Shown here in pieces: positions 51,272 to 63,400 of a stretch of 64,000 bases of DNA (its first letter is position 1; every line of letters starts with the position of its first letter). Under the pieces are notes generated by a model, which saw only the letters and a program-made list of their open reading frames with translations, did not search any database and was not told where the DNA came from. The DNA is from Raillietiella orientalis (taxonomy: Eukaryota), in the NCBI GenBank assembly GCA_036172245.1, contig JAYWIR010000012.1, positions 992,001-1,056,000 on the forward strand, in the 5' to 3' direction. Position numbers and translations under genes: made by a program.

Positions 51272-52034
51272 GCCACGCGGCGGCGGCAAAAGAAAGAAAT
51301 CGCTCGCAGCTGCGTTCTGCGCGGAGATTCCAAGCACGGGCGCGTCTCCGTGGGACCCCAAGGGGCAGATTGGTAGTGCTTATCATCCGGTTTGGTTGGT
51401 TACCTACCCTGCACTCTCCTCCGAGGGGCAAAGAAACCTCCCTACTTTACACTTCTAGTTCACTCGTCATCCCTCGCCCATCCCAGGTGCCCAGGTGGCA
51501 GCACCGGGCTCCTTCCTTCTTCTCCTCCCTCCTTCCTCTTCCTTTCCTCCTCGCTCGTTGCGTCCTCTCTGAGCCTCCCCTTAGTTTCTTCTGCGCCTGA
51601 ATGAGAAAATTTCCTGGGAACTCAAGGCTTCGTCCTCGGGGGATGGAACTGTCCCGGAGGTCAGGAGCCAGGAAGGAGGCGCGGTAGCGTGAGAGCGTGG
51701 CGAGAAATGCGTGGAGCATGGAGCATTCCCCGCCCCCCTCTTCGGCCGGTCAGTAGCAATCAGGAACGCTGAACGGCTTCCCACCACCTCCCGACGGAAC
51801 CGCCTTCCAAAGGAAAGCAGCTCCCGGGAGTGGGAGACCCCACCCAAGCGAAACTGCAAGACGGCCCCGTGGAACGCTTCGTGTCCCGGTGCCATATCCC
51901 AGGGCTGCATTATTGGCTCTCCTGCCTTCCACTTACCCCCATCCCACCCGCCCCTCGGAGGAGAGCCCGTGCTTGGAATCTCCGCGCAGAACCCAGCTGC
52001 GAGCGATTTCTTTCTTCTGCCGCCGCCGCGAGGC
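51272..52034. repeat. ~79-bp inverted repeat pair (51272-51350 / 51956-52034) within LINE endonuclease relics
   Basis: Arms nearly identical; they encode VLGISAQN..DFF (NxYAPN..FF-like). Confidence 0.8.
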
Positions 52035-53399
52035 GCTTGAGATCCCGACGGATGCCCTCCTCAACAGGATCATGGGGTGTATGTGCAAAGAGCCGCGGGA
52101 GGAAGGTGGGATTCCCAATCTTCCTCCCGCCCCCTCTTCCCCTTCGCGCCACGTTCTGGAACGATGTTCCTCGGGATTACGGCGGGGCAGTCAAGGTGGT
52201 CGTAAAGACTGGCGGGGCGTTCATCTTCGCCCCGCGCTGGGGATGCCGATTGGATCCCGGAGGAGTCCGTTACTCTGCTTGATGGGCTGCCGGGAGCGTG
52301 CCGGCACCTGCACGATCATCAATCGCCGCCGGGATCACGCCACGCGGATCCGTTCAGGTATCTCCCGCATATGAAAATGCAGGGCCTGCTGAGGGGAAAT
52401 GGGTGCAGGCTGAGGCGATTAAATGGTTCCGCAAAGAGCAAATATTTAGGGGAACACACACACATACACACACGATCCCAGGACGTCGTTCGCACGTAAA
52501 AGCAAATTCCGGGATCACACGGGCACGTGAGTGCGGCTCGTCTGCCCATGCATCTACCTCGCTGGGAGTTATTAGGGTTTACGAGTGGGGATTCCCAGTG
52601 CTACTCTTAAGACGCCTTACGGAGCTTCCGGTGTAGGGGACTGCCTGCTCTGCGCCTTTCGGACAGGGCCGGCTCCGTGAGGTTCGTATCCTAGGTGCGT
52701 TGATGGGTCAACGCTGCGGCTTGCGTCCTGCCGCCCGAGGAAGAAGAATACACCGTTTATTGGCCCACACGCGCTCCGGAAAGTGAACGGATTCTCGTAA
52801 ACGTATTGCCGTGGACCGTTTGACGGACAGGGGGGGGGCTCGGAAAGATAAAGTTCCGGCTCTTCCATCCTCATATTTCGTCCAATGCTACCGTCTGGAG
52901 CCGGACTGCTCATCCCTCTTCGTTTCATTCGTGGTTCGTCCTGGTACGAGCCGTCCGTGCGTGTTTCCTGGAGTGGAACGTCCTTGCCTGCCGCCCCTGG
53001 CGCCGTTTTCCAAAAAGAAACTCTCCTCCCCTTCGTGCTTTCATCCCTTCGCCGCCGCAATGCGACTTTTGTCTGAAGGTCATTCTAGGCGTCCAACAGG
53101 TGCCACCGCGCGATCTGGCGCAGACGCAAGCATCTGCGGCAGGAAGCAGATGAAGGTGTGCCGCCAGGTTGGTTGCCTAGAGCCAAAGATGACTGAGCCA
53201 AAGGGACAAGTCATGTTGAGCCCTTATCTACCCCACACCATCCTTTTCTCCCTCACCTTATCCCGAGATGTCTCCGCGGAGTGGTAGGCGTCTCCTTGAG
53301 AGCGCGGATAAAGCCAGGTCTTGCTGATTGCATGCCCTCCATGAAGATGCCCGGCTGCTTCCAGATGTGCGCTTTCAGCAGCCTTCTGGCTTCTTCTCC

Positions 53400-55205
53400 T
53401 CAGCTGCTGCCTGCTGTAAGCTCTTCTACAGCAACCAACGCTTTCCGATAAGAGCGATCTTCTTTACAATAAGGGAGATCTCTTTTGATCTTGAGAGCAG
53501 CAGGGGCTTCCAGCATCTCCCACGCACCACTGACTCGAAAGAAGAATGCAGGAAGCGGGCAGATCCCTCTTGGGTGCTCCCTGCAGCTTTGGGATCTTCC
53601 CGAAACGTTTCTGAAGAGAGAACTGCGCTGATCTCGAAGCGAGAATTCCGTTGGGCTAGAGCTTGTCGGGAGGATGTCGGTCCCTCTCTTTCGGAAGCCC
53701 TTCTGTTTCCTTGGAGGAGAGAAAGGAGATCCGCCTGTATTTCCTACAATGTCAGGAAGTGAGACGCCGTCCCAGACAGCGGCGAGCTCCCTGACCCTGG
53801 TGGTCCTCCCGCGCGGACCCAATCTCCCTCAGGAGAAAATCCCGGAACCGACCTCGAGGCGTCTCAGCAAAAAGGCGTGAGCCACTTCTGCCACGCAACC
53901 GTGAAGGTCAATAGCCACACGTTAGCAGGCCATTAGCAGTAACTCTTCATGTTGAGGGACAACCCCAGAGAGACCACACCATGGATCCAAGTAGCCTCCA
54001 AGGAAGGAGTCCTTCCTCAAGGTCCTGGTTGTCTCCTAAGGGAGTCCCGAAGGGAAGAATCTCTTCCTTGTTCTCTCCGGAGGGACTCCTCGGTTTGTGG
54101 GAATCCCATCTCGTTTCTCTTCTGAAGAAAACCTGGAAAGGATTCATCCTTGTTACTCCTCTGAATAGAACCCCGAAGTAATGCTTCCCGTTTTCTCTGA
54201 AGGGCGCTTCCCGAAGGGAGCAGAGCTCTTCTTGACACTCTGGAGAGGCAATCCCCCGAGTGGGGTATCAACCAGCTCCATGATACGCGATGGAGGGCTT
54301 ACCTGCGAGAAAGAGGACGGCTCCATGTTTACAACCGGAAGGTAGAAACTCCGAAGAGCTCCTTGATGTACTACAAGGACCCCAATGGGTCAGCTTTTAG
54401 CCTTTTTCGGTCAACGAGGCATCCAATTTCCGGCTTCCACTAGTGGCGCACGCATCTCCTAGTGGACTGTATTACCCTCCTGCCCCTTTGAGTATGCTTT
54501 TCTGCGACTTTTGGAACCCCCGGTGGCAACGCCCGAGACGTTTTAAAGCGCTTCCTACTTGACGCCCTCACACCGGCCTTATCCCTAGCAGCGCTTTGCT
54601 GCCTATGCATCCACGATCCTATCTACGCAGGATCGTGGCTGCATGGAGCAACGCCAGAGGAGGCCAGAACGACAGAGACTCCATCTGTTGTGCTGTCCTC
54701 ATAAAGAGGACAGCGTGGAAGATGGCCTCATCTGGGAGTCTTGAAACAGGAACTTGCCGGCATCCTTACAAGGATGCAGAGGATACCCTCCAGCACACCG
54801 TGGTCCCTTCCCCAACCCCCCTCCCCATACCATTTTTTGACTGTTGTTCTTTCTTTTATTTTTTATTTTTGTTTTTCTCCCCTTCCTCTGTGCTGTAGAG
54901 ACCAGCCCCGCTGGTCTGCGTGCCGGTTCCCGGCAGGTTCCTTCTCGTAGTTATAAGTAACGTAGAAGGATCAAATGTCTTGCCACAGACATGTTTATTT
55001 TATAAATAAAGACCCGGCCTAACTGGGTGTTAACAGGTGGCGCACGCAAATAGGCCAACCAACGTCATCTTAGGGGGGGAGGGAAGTCGACATCTACTAT
55101 TCTCCTCGCGTTCTCGGCGTCGATCTTTCACCGGGAGGGATTCGAACCCGCGACGCTCGGCACCGCCGGCAGACATGGGAGTCAGCGGCTGCCAACGCAG
55201 GCCTT
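53400..55205 (-). mobile_element. tRNA-headed LINE 5' end (copy C), split by a nested insertion
   Basis: GGTTCGAATCCC at 55148-55137. Body resumes at 54454 and is homologous to copies A and D. Confidence 0.65.
54455..55036 (+). mobile_element. 5'-truncated LINE 3' end nested in copy C
   Basis: 12-bp TSD gtggcgcacgca at 54443-54454 and 55037-55048; SYLRRIVAAWSNARG; ends in AATAAA plus hairpin. Confidence 0.75.
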
Positions 55206-55649
55206 TACGTTTTCCGCCATAAGAAAAAAAGCGTTACAGTTGGTATCAGGAGTCCCCTTTTGATCTCTGACCGAATCCCTACTCTCTCGTGGACGTCTTG
55301 TTCGATGTTATCCTGACGAGGGGTACCCGCGAGTGGCCCTCGATTGGTTGCAAAGCATCCACATGGAACGGACATCCATCACTCCCTACCCTCCCCTTTC
55401 TTGGGTGATCTTCCGAACGGGCACATCGATTGACAGACTGGGTACATCTCGAAGTCTCTCCCAATCGGGGAGATTGAAAAGAGGTAGACCAGAGTTTTTC
55501 GCTTCCCGGACGCAGAGCGCGCTTTCCCCTCGCCTTCGAGGAACGCAGCAAAATTAGCGACCTTCACGACACTTCTCTGGTCTCGTTGAAACACCAGCCG
55601 CAGCAGGAACAACATGCAGAGGGAGAGAGCGAGAATTTGCATCTGAATG

Positions 55650-56260
55650 AAAATGGGGATCGCTCCCAGCTATGAATGAAGTGGAGCTGGAAGACCTTGT
55701 TCCACGCATTGCATTCCCGTTCGTTTTCCTGGGATGCCCTCACGTGGATGGCACAATCCTCTCACATGATCAAAGCAGCAGTGCAATCTCAGGCAGCCGA
55801 AGATCGCCGAGCGCTCGAGTGGCCGTGGAAGCGGAGTCTGGAAATTCTATGGAATCAAAAAAAGAAAAAAAAAAAAGCGAAGGTGCATGTCGGACAGGAA
55901 GAAAAGATCGATCGCCTCATCCATTGGCTGCTGCTGCTGTTTTGTTTTTTGTCATTAATGAGAGACGCAAGCAGACCATCCCGATTTGGGGTCTCTCGCT
56001 AGCGCCAGGATTCCCAAAGTCTTCCGAGATGTCTCCATTGCACGCTGCAGCTGCTGCAGATTTCCTCTCATCCTCTCAACTCGTGATCCTTCCCAAGAAA
56101 GGGGTTGAACCCACGAGCCCCTGCATCCCATGGAAGTGGTCAATCTGGATTTGGAAGCTGCTTGACGGACCGAGGTCAGAAATCTCATTGCCGCGCGAGT
56201 GAATCTCCACGCTTACTCAGACGGGCACCATCCTTGATCTGGACCGGAAATCTCCCTCGT
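55650..56260 (+). mobile_element. Decayed LINE post-RT relic
   Basis: FVFLGCP (YLG.P-like), WKRSL, IWIW..PR. Confidence 0.4.
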
Positions 56261-57499
56261 GGGAGATTTTCGGTCCAGCACTGCAACTGGTAAAGCTGTG
56301 CTTCTCTTGAGATTTGGCCTCTGGTGCTCTTCATCCTGAGCTCATTGAACTGCAGAAAAAAGTGCAGTCCACCCGTCGGGGAGGAAGGGGGGGAGAGAAG
56401 GAGTGGCCGCGCTGACTGACCGCAAACCCTTCCCTCCCCCACTAGTGACAAGAGTTGGCGTTGCTGGTCTTTCATGGGCGCGTCTCCACTACAGGGCGCA
56501 GAGTGTGGATGCCAAATGTGGAAGGTGAGGAGAGAAGACCCTCTCTCACTTTCTAGTGGACTGTGCCGCCCTCCGATCCCTTCGGGATCGCCTCACAACG
56601 ACCGTAGGAATACCAGTTGGAGGCTCCAGGGACTGTTTACGACCCCTTTTACAATCTTGAAGACCGCCTCGAGATGGTTCCACGAAGTAGTCTCTGAGCA
56701 GAACTTTTTAGCATCCTGTCCAGGATGCTGAGGACGTCTCCCAGAGAAGTGTGATCCCATCTTCCGTATTCTCCCTCGTCTCCAGTGAAACTTTTCTTCC
56801 CGTTTTCCTCTTTTTGATTGTTTGTTTGTTTTTTCCTGGTTTTCCTTTCCCCGTCACCGTAGAAACGGACCTTGCTGGTCTACGTGCTGGTCGTGGCAAG
56901 TTCCGAGCACGTGGTGCAACCAAGTGTTCCACCACACTTGAACATTTCACTGGACTCTTATTATTATTATCATTTTGTTTAATAATAAATGCCCCCAGAC
57001 AAAACCAGGTGGCAAACCCCAAACACTTCCGGTATTCTGGTATCCCGCTTACGAGGACATCCAAGCAATGTGCAGAAGACCTTCCATTCCTTTCGAACTC
57101 GGGACGAATTGTCATTGGACGGCTGACAATGGATGTTGCATGCATAGCCCGAGCATCCCGCGGCAAAAATCACGTGCTCTGTCGCGTCGAACGGCCGCGA
57201 GCGCAGTCTCTCGCTGCTTCCAAAGCATCTCTCTTTCTCGCAGAGTGTGTCGTACCTGAGCCTCTCTGCTCCCGCAACTCGGGAACAAGATCCCAATCCG
57301 TTCCCGTTCCAGCCGATCCCTGGCGTCGGAAAACGAAGCGGAAGCGAAAATTAGGATTCCGGTGGGGTACGCCTGCTTCCCGACCCAGCTGCATCCCGAG
57401 ACGAGAACTCATCTATTCATCCGCGTCTTTATAAATCACACGCAGCCGAGTTATCGACTGTAGCTGTCAGCTTGAGCACGAATGCAGGCCGAGCTGGAA

Positions 57500-59900
57500 A
57501 CTTTTGGGGACTGGGATGACGGCAGCGCCTCGTCCGAAAGGGGATTTCGGTCCTGAAAATGTAGGTTAACTCTCCCGACTGGGAAACAGAGACGGAGATC
57601 CGATTCTGCCCCCTGGATACGCGTACCGGACCCGTTTGGCTGAAAGCAGCGATGGACTGCCGGGCAGGGACTCCCCGGTTCCGATTTCATGGTCAGAGCT
57701 CAGCCAAGGACGGATCTCCGCTCCTTGGAGGTGCTGCCGGCACGACGCCTCCTCACTTGATGATCGCTTCCCTACCGGGTCGTCTCCTGTTCGTCCACGC
57801 CTTTTCTTTGGGTACTCGTTGGTGGGTCGGGGTTGATTTCCGTGACCCACAAGAGTCGGACAGTATGGACTTAATGCGAGTCTGGACCAAGGGATGAATT
57901 CGCAGGGAAGGAGCAGGATTCTGCCTACTTGAGCCATCCAATCCATTCTCGAATATTCCTTGAAACAAAAACAAAAGAGAAAAAGGAGAGAAGAGAAGGA
58001 AAAGGAAAAGTTCTTTTTCTTTGCGGTTGAAAATGTGCAATGAAGAAGGCGCTCCTCGCAAAGGTGGCAGAAACGTGCTCTGAGTGCCTTGTGCAAATTG
58101 GGCTCAGCGTGGACCAAAGTATTCAAGACGAGGGTCAGTCATCGACATTCTCTCATGTTCTTCTGGATGCTCGTGAAGACAATCAATCAATAATCTCTCC
58201 TCGGAGAGCAGCAGCGGCACTCTGTTTGCTCTCGGCGAGGCTGATCGAAAAGGCGTTCCCACAAAAGTACCTATGCTCTGAAGAGGTCTCTGACCGCCAG
58301 TTCTTTCCATCCGGTGGTGGAAGATTGAGCAAATCGTTTGGTCGATTGTACACACCCAGAAGCATCTCTCGCCGTAACTTGCGATTAATAATTTCTTTGG
58401 ATACGTCTTCTTTGGAGTGATGCACAGACACCGTTGCCGAGAAGGCACATCTTGTGGTCTTCAGAAGATATCCAGAGCGTGGTTCCAGCCGCCTCTTGGA
58501 CGCAAGCACTCACTACCCGCTTGTGGATCTTACTCTGCTTTTGTCAGTTTTAGCGTTCCATGTCTCCAACTGAGAGTTTTCCAGCTTTTCCTTTGGAACA
58601 ATTCTGGCATCTTTCCGGTTTATACATCCGCTTCCTCTGTAAGAGTTGTTGAGGGTACTGGGATTCGTCCCACGGCTTCAGGCCATCGCTGACTGAGGCT
58701 CTATGGATCTGTGCTCTGCTGCCGGTCGGACACCAGTCTGCATTCCGGCTTTGACACTCCAGAATGAGGGACCCCTCTTCCTTCCCTCCCAAACTACAGA
58801 ACGAGTTTTTCTGAGGCTCGATGCGGTGTCTTGGTAAATTACGCCGCTTTGGTACAGAAGAGAGAGACTGAGGTATCAGAAATAAAGTCATGACGTCATT
58901 GGTATTTGTGGAGGATAACGAACTCATCTCATTTCTCGCGTTCTTCCACATACCATGAGCTGTTTCTACAATGCAACTCTTCTGGATGAGGTCCAGGGGA
59001 AGATATGACAACATCCTTCGCCAGACGGGATGTATTTGTTTGGGAGTGGCCGTCTAGAAGCCGATGTCGAATGCAGAGTACTCGCTAAAGTGGACGCCTC
59101 TGCAGTCGCCGCCACATACCACACACACTCCTACGTTTTCCGAAGATGTTTAAGGATTTCCTCGGTGTGGCTCCCGCTCCGTAAGTGCGGCACTGCTGCC
59201 ATGCCAACGGGATGAAATTGACCCAAAAGTATGCATCCCGGAGCCACTCTAGAATACCTTGGAGCTTTGTGGATTGTCTGCTGGTCGTTGACTCATTTAT
59301 AATGGCCCTCCTTCCTGGAGAGGAGGTATCGTCCTTAGAGCTGAGATTGAAGACGAGAGTTGAACCCCCGTCAACTGGTCGAGAAGTGAAGCTGATCCTC
59401 CGGGGTTCTTCCAGGAATCGAGGAGCCCTTCGAAGTTCCATCTGGTTGTAAAGATGAACATCAGTTGCCTACCACGAGAGTCTTCTTGTTCCTGTTTTCA
59501 AGATCCAGCCAGGTGTTCGATCCTCTGGAGCAGGTGCTCCAAGTTTGTTTTCCAGTAGCATGTTGGCAAGAAAGGGAGCCACCAGGAATGGCACTGCAGG
59601 TTGACAAGCCTCTTGCCTAGCAACGGATAAGTAATCAGCTCACGTAGGATGCACTTCAGGGAACCCAAACCGGAATCCTAGATGCTGGAATTCTTGACAT
59701 CACGTGAGGGACGTCCACCTATCGACAAAGCACTCTGAGAGCCATGCTTTTGTACGCTGCATGCTTTTGATGCTCCCGGAAAACGGAACGATCTTCATAG
59801 GTGAAGATTGGGATCCACTGTGATCCATGTCCACTACGGAAAAGACTCTCCGCTGATGGGAGAACGCCCACCTCGTTTGACCTTGCTTGCTCGCCAGGCT
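57500..59900 (-). mobile_element. Decayed LINE ORF2 relic (EN-linker-RT)
   Basis: DGGSTLVFN (GGDFN), WLRDAY (L.D.WR), MWKNAR, LPPPDG (SPGPDG), RGEIID and TLVHAEPNLHKALRARF (SLLN.DYK..K.LA.RL), in order. Confidence 0.6.
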
Positions 59901-60196
59901 TCTGAGCACCGAATCCCCGTTTCAGTTCCTGGAAGAAAATCACGAGACGTCGGCAGCACGAAGAAGGCAAGCTACGAGAGATGGTGATAAACAGAAGATG
60001 GGAAAAAAGGGATGGATTTAGTCGGGCGAGTTTACGAGAAACACAATGGACCATGAACACTCGAGAAAAAAAAAAAAAAGAAAATACTCCTAATTCGTTA
60101 AAGAAGCTGCACTTGACAGTGGTAGTTGATCCTAGAAGGACACGTTCTGCTAATTAAGACCCATTGGGTTAGGAACCGGGAAACCGAAGGGAGAAA

Positions 60197-60980
60197 TCCT
60201 TGAGGCCTTGGAGACTGTTCGGCTGCTTTTTCCGCGCTTGGTGCCGAGCGTTGAGGGTTCGAATACCTTCCGGGGAAGGGTCGATCCCGAGAAATTGGTG
60301 AGTCATGGGTTTTGAGCTTCCTTCTTCTCAGGATGGCGCTAGTTGGCCTATTCAGTTGCAGCAGTGGTTGAACCGCATGCCCCCGTTGACCAGCTGGGGC
60401 TGGAAGGTACTTCCAGGATATCAAAGAGCCCTTCAAGATTGTCCTCGAGTTGTGAGAATGGAGCCGTTCCCTCGCTCGGGAGACATCCTCCATCGTGTGC
60501 CGTGGAGATGGTCGATTCCTTCCCTAAGTGCAAGAAGCACTCTGCTGCCTTCGGGGAGCGCCCTGCAGTGAAATCGGGAAGCGTCCTCTTCAGAGGAGGG
60601 AACAAGGAGGGGTTGCCTTGCGGGTGCCATGCGGAGAAGAAATCAGAAGATCCCTTTAGGATTCCCTTCGGAGAAGGAACGAAGGCTGGATTTCTTTTAG
60701 AAGGGTTTCTCTGGAGAGAGTAAGGATGAGGGTCCCTACGAAGCGTAACGGACTTCTTCCTCTAGAGCCTTCCTGGATTCAAAGGATGGTCCCTCAGGAG
60801 TTATCCCTCTACTTTAAGAGCTCCGTAAGCTAGGGGATGCGCACCCGTTCCCTTGACTTAAGGGAATGCGCGAGCTTGAAGAAACGAGGAAGTCTTTGCG
60901 CAAGAGGCACTCAAAACATCTGACAGTCATCCGGAGGAAGATGCCATTCATAATGACAAAAGGAGGAGTTCCCTGAGTCG
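60197..60980 (+). mobile_element. tRNA-headed LINE 5' end (copy D)
   Basis: GGTTCGAATACC at 60256-60267; ~780 bp alignable by eye to copy A. Confidence 0.65.
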
Positions 60981-60999
60981 TGCGCAAAGAAACAGGAAT

Positions 61000-63400
61000 T
61001 TGTTGCTAGATCTCCTTCTTCAAAGAATCCCCTTTTCCCTATCACAGTTCACCGGAAAAAGAAAATTTTCTTTTGGAAGGGGATGCAACCTTCTGCTTTG
61101 CTGGCTGCTTTTTGTCTGGAGGTCGCTCCCTGCGGATGAGCGGTCTGCATGCGTCAAGAGCCAAGCATTCCCATCCCAAAGATAGCTCCTTCATGCATCC
61201 CATCTCCTGCTCCTTTCGCTCGGCCTCCCCTATCCTGGGATTTTCCCTGCGCTCCACTGCTGCTTTCCTCCAGGGATCTTGGAGTCAGTGGCTTTATTTA
61301 GGAGGTGAGGCTCGGCGCCAGCAGTATGGCAGTCCGTTCACCCCGACTGGGAGCAGCGAGGAGCCAGCGGGTAGATCGGCGCCGCAAGCCGCGCTTCCGA
61401 AAGAACGAAAGTAATCTCTCTTCCTGCCCACGGATCTTCCTATCTGAGCAGCTCCGTGCCTCCCGGACGTGCGTGTGGGCTGCCCCGGGTGACTCGTAAC
61501 GAGATTTGCACCGAGGAACTGACTTTTTCAGAAGTACCGACCTATGGCTGCCGGGAAGAAATCTGCATCGGGAGTCGCATACTTGGAGCCCATGCGGCTC
61601 CGCGTCGGCATGGAGACGCCATTTTCTCCGTCCACCGCGCGTTTGGGATGGCTTGCACCGTGAGCAGCCAGGAGGAGTCCAGGTTCCCTATTGGGAGTTT
61701 CACCTCACACGAAGGATGACCCCGACTCCTCTTTGGAAAACGGGGTTCTGACGCGATGCATTGGACCTCGAAGATGCGGACGATGACCAAAGAAAGCTGC
61801 AGAAGCTGCGAATTTGCATCAAGGGATTCTCCCGCTGCGTGGCCGGAAGCGGTAGTGGCTCCAGGGATCCCGGCGTTCGCGCTGTCCCGGTCTGGGAACC
61901 AGGGAGGCGCCATTGCTGGAAGTCTTGAGTTCACCTTTGAGGATTCTGCGTATGACAACGATGGTACTGCGGGTCAGAGGGTGGGTGTCTCAGTCCCGGG
62001 CACCTTTCACTGGCAGAAGGGAAGCCGCGCGCATATTTTGCGCTCCACCTATTAAAAAGTGACCCATTATGGAACCGGGGAGGTCTGGGAAATCCCTTCG
62101 TCAGGAGCAGCCCTTCTCCATCTCCACGTAAATTCCGTGCTATCTGAACGGCATCTTGATGCATCTGAATCAAGATTACGAAGAAGGGCGAATCCCCAGG
62201 ACCCAGAGTCTTCCTCGTGCGCGACTCGCAGCAAGGGTATGACTCCTTCAAGAGAGAAGGTCCTTGAAAATGGTGCTACCGAGGTTTTTCCGACTCTTGG
62301 ATTCTGCAGGAGGAGCAGGAGTCATTTGATGAAAGATCCGCTCTGCGTTCCTTCCTCAGCTTTCCACAGTCCGACCACCCTCGGTGGCTCATCCCAGAGA
62401 TTTCGAGCATCGCCTTCCACCTGCGATTTACCCCGTAGATCAGTTCCCACGGAAGAGAATGTGGTTTCCCTGGGGCGCTTATGGTAAACAGTGTGACCAG
62501 CAACTCGAGGTCGTACCATGACCTAACCACTAGAAGGCAGATGCTGTGTAACCAGACAGTGAGGCCCGCTTTGGGAGGGTAGAAGACGAAAGAACAGTAG
62601 ATGAATAAATAGAAAAAGAGTTAATAGAAGTGAAGCTACTTAGCACCACTCTAAAGGCTTCACACTAGAACCAACCACAATCTATAAGGAAGAGGAATTA
62701 TGGGTAATTCCATTTACTCCTCCAAATCCTCATGCATTTCCTGAATATCCAAGGAAACCATAGGAGGTGGAGGCCGGGGTCCAGCTCCGTTCCGTTTTCC
62801 TGGAACCCACAGTCATGTGGGGAGCCATCCATTCCAGACAGCGGAATGGGTCCTCTTGCATCCGTCAGCAGATTGAAAAGTGCTTAGGATTGTGACGTAG
62901 AAGTGGCAAACGGATCTCTTAATGGGCGAAAGGATCCAAGAGATGCACTGGACTTCCAGTCTCTCGGATGATAGCTCTGCAGACGGCAGATTCAAGCTGC
63001 TGACCGCACTCGAAGGTATACTCAGGAAGCCGTGCGAGCGGTGACACAAAAGCAGATCTTAAAGGACCTGACCGCACGTCGATCTCGAAAGATCCATACG
63101 CGATATCACAATAGGTGGATTGCTGCCGACTCAGTAACGACATGGGGGTCAGTGAACAATAGAACGTTAAGATTCCGGCCGCCTGCAGAATGCCTGGACT
63201 TTCGACGATCCAAATCCCACCTTCCTAAAGAATCACCTAGGGGAAGGGAAGACCCGCATCGGCCAGCATGGCGAGTCCAGCACCACTTTAAAAGGAGGGT
63301 TGCAGTCTCCTGCCTGTTTCGTGAGATACTCGGCTCCATCTCCTTCTGGACGAAGAACATCCATGGGAGATGAGGCAAGCCTTCCCACGTGCAGGGGATT
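61000..63400 (-). mobile_element. Decayed LINE ORF2 relic
   Basis: NLNVLLFTDPH (DI..LQETH), ISWILSP (NVYAP) and PLSGMD (GGDFN), then RT-like remnants. Confidence 0.45.

Noticed and set aside
58050..58126. HAE...CHLC as a deaminase zinc motif
   Set aside because: Spacing too short; better explained as a decayed LINE RT motif (SLLN.DYK..K.LA.RL).
59085..59441. LRDAYFW..C as an LTR integrase zinc finger
   Set aside because: Flanking GGDFN-like and linker/RT motifs indicate a LINE endonuclease; no DDE core follows.
61456..62487. Cys-rich plus-strand ORFs as an endogenous viral glycoprotein
   Set aside because: Antisense shadow of a LINE relic; no signal peptide or transmembrane segment.
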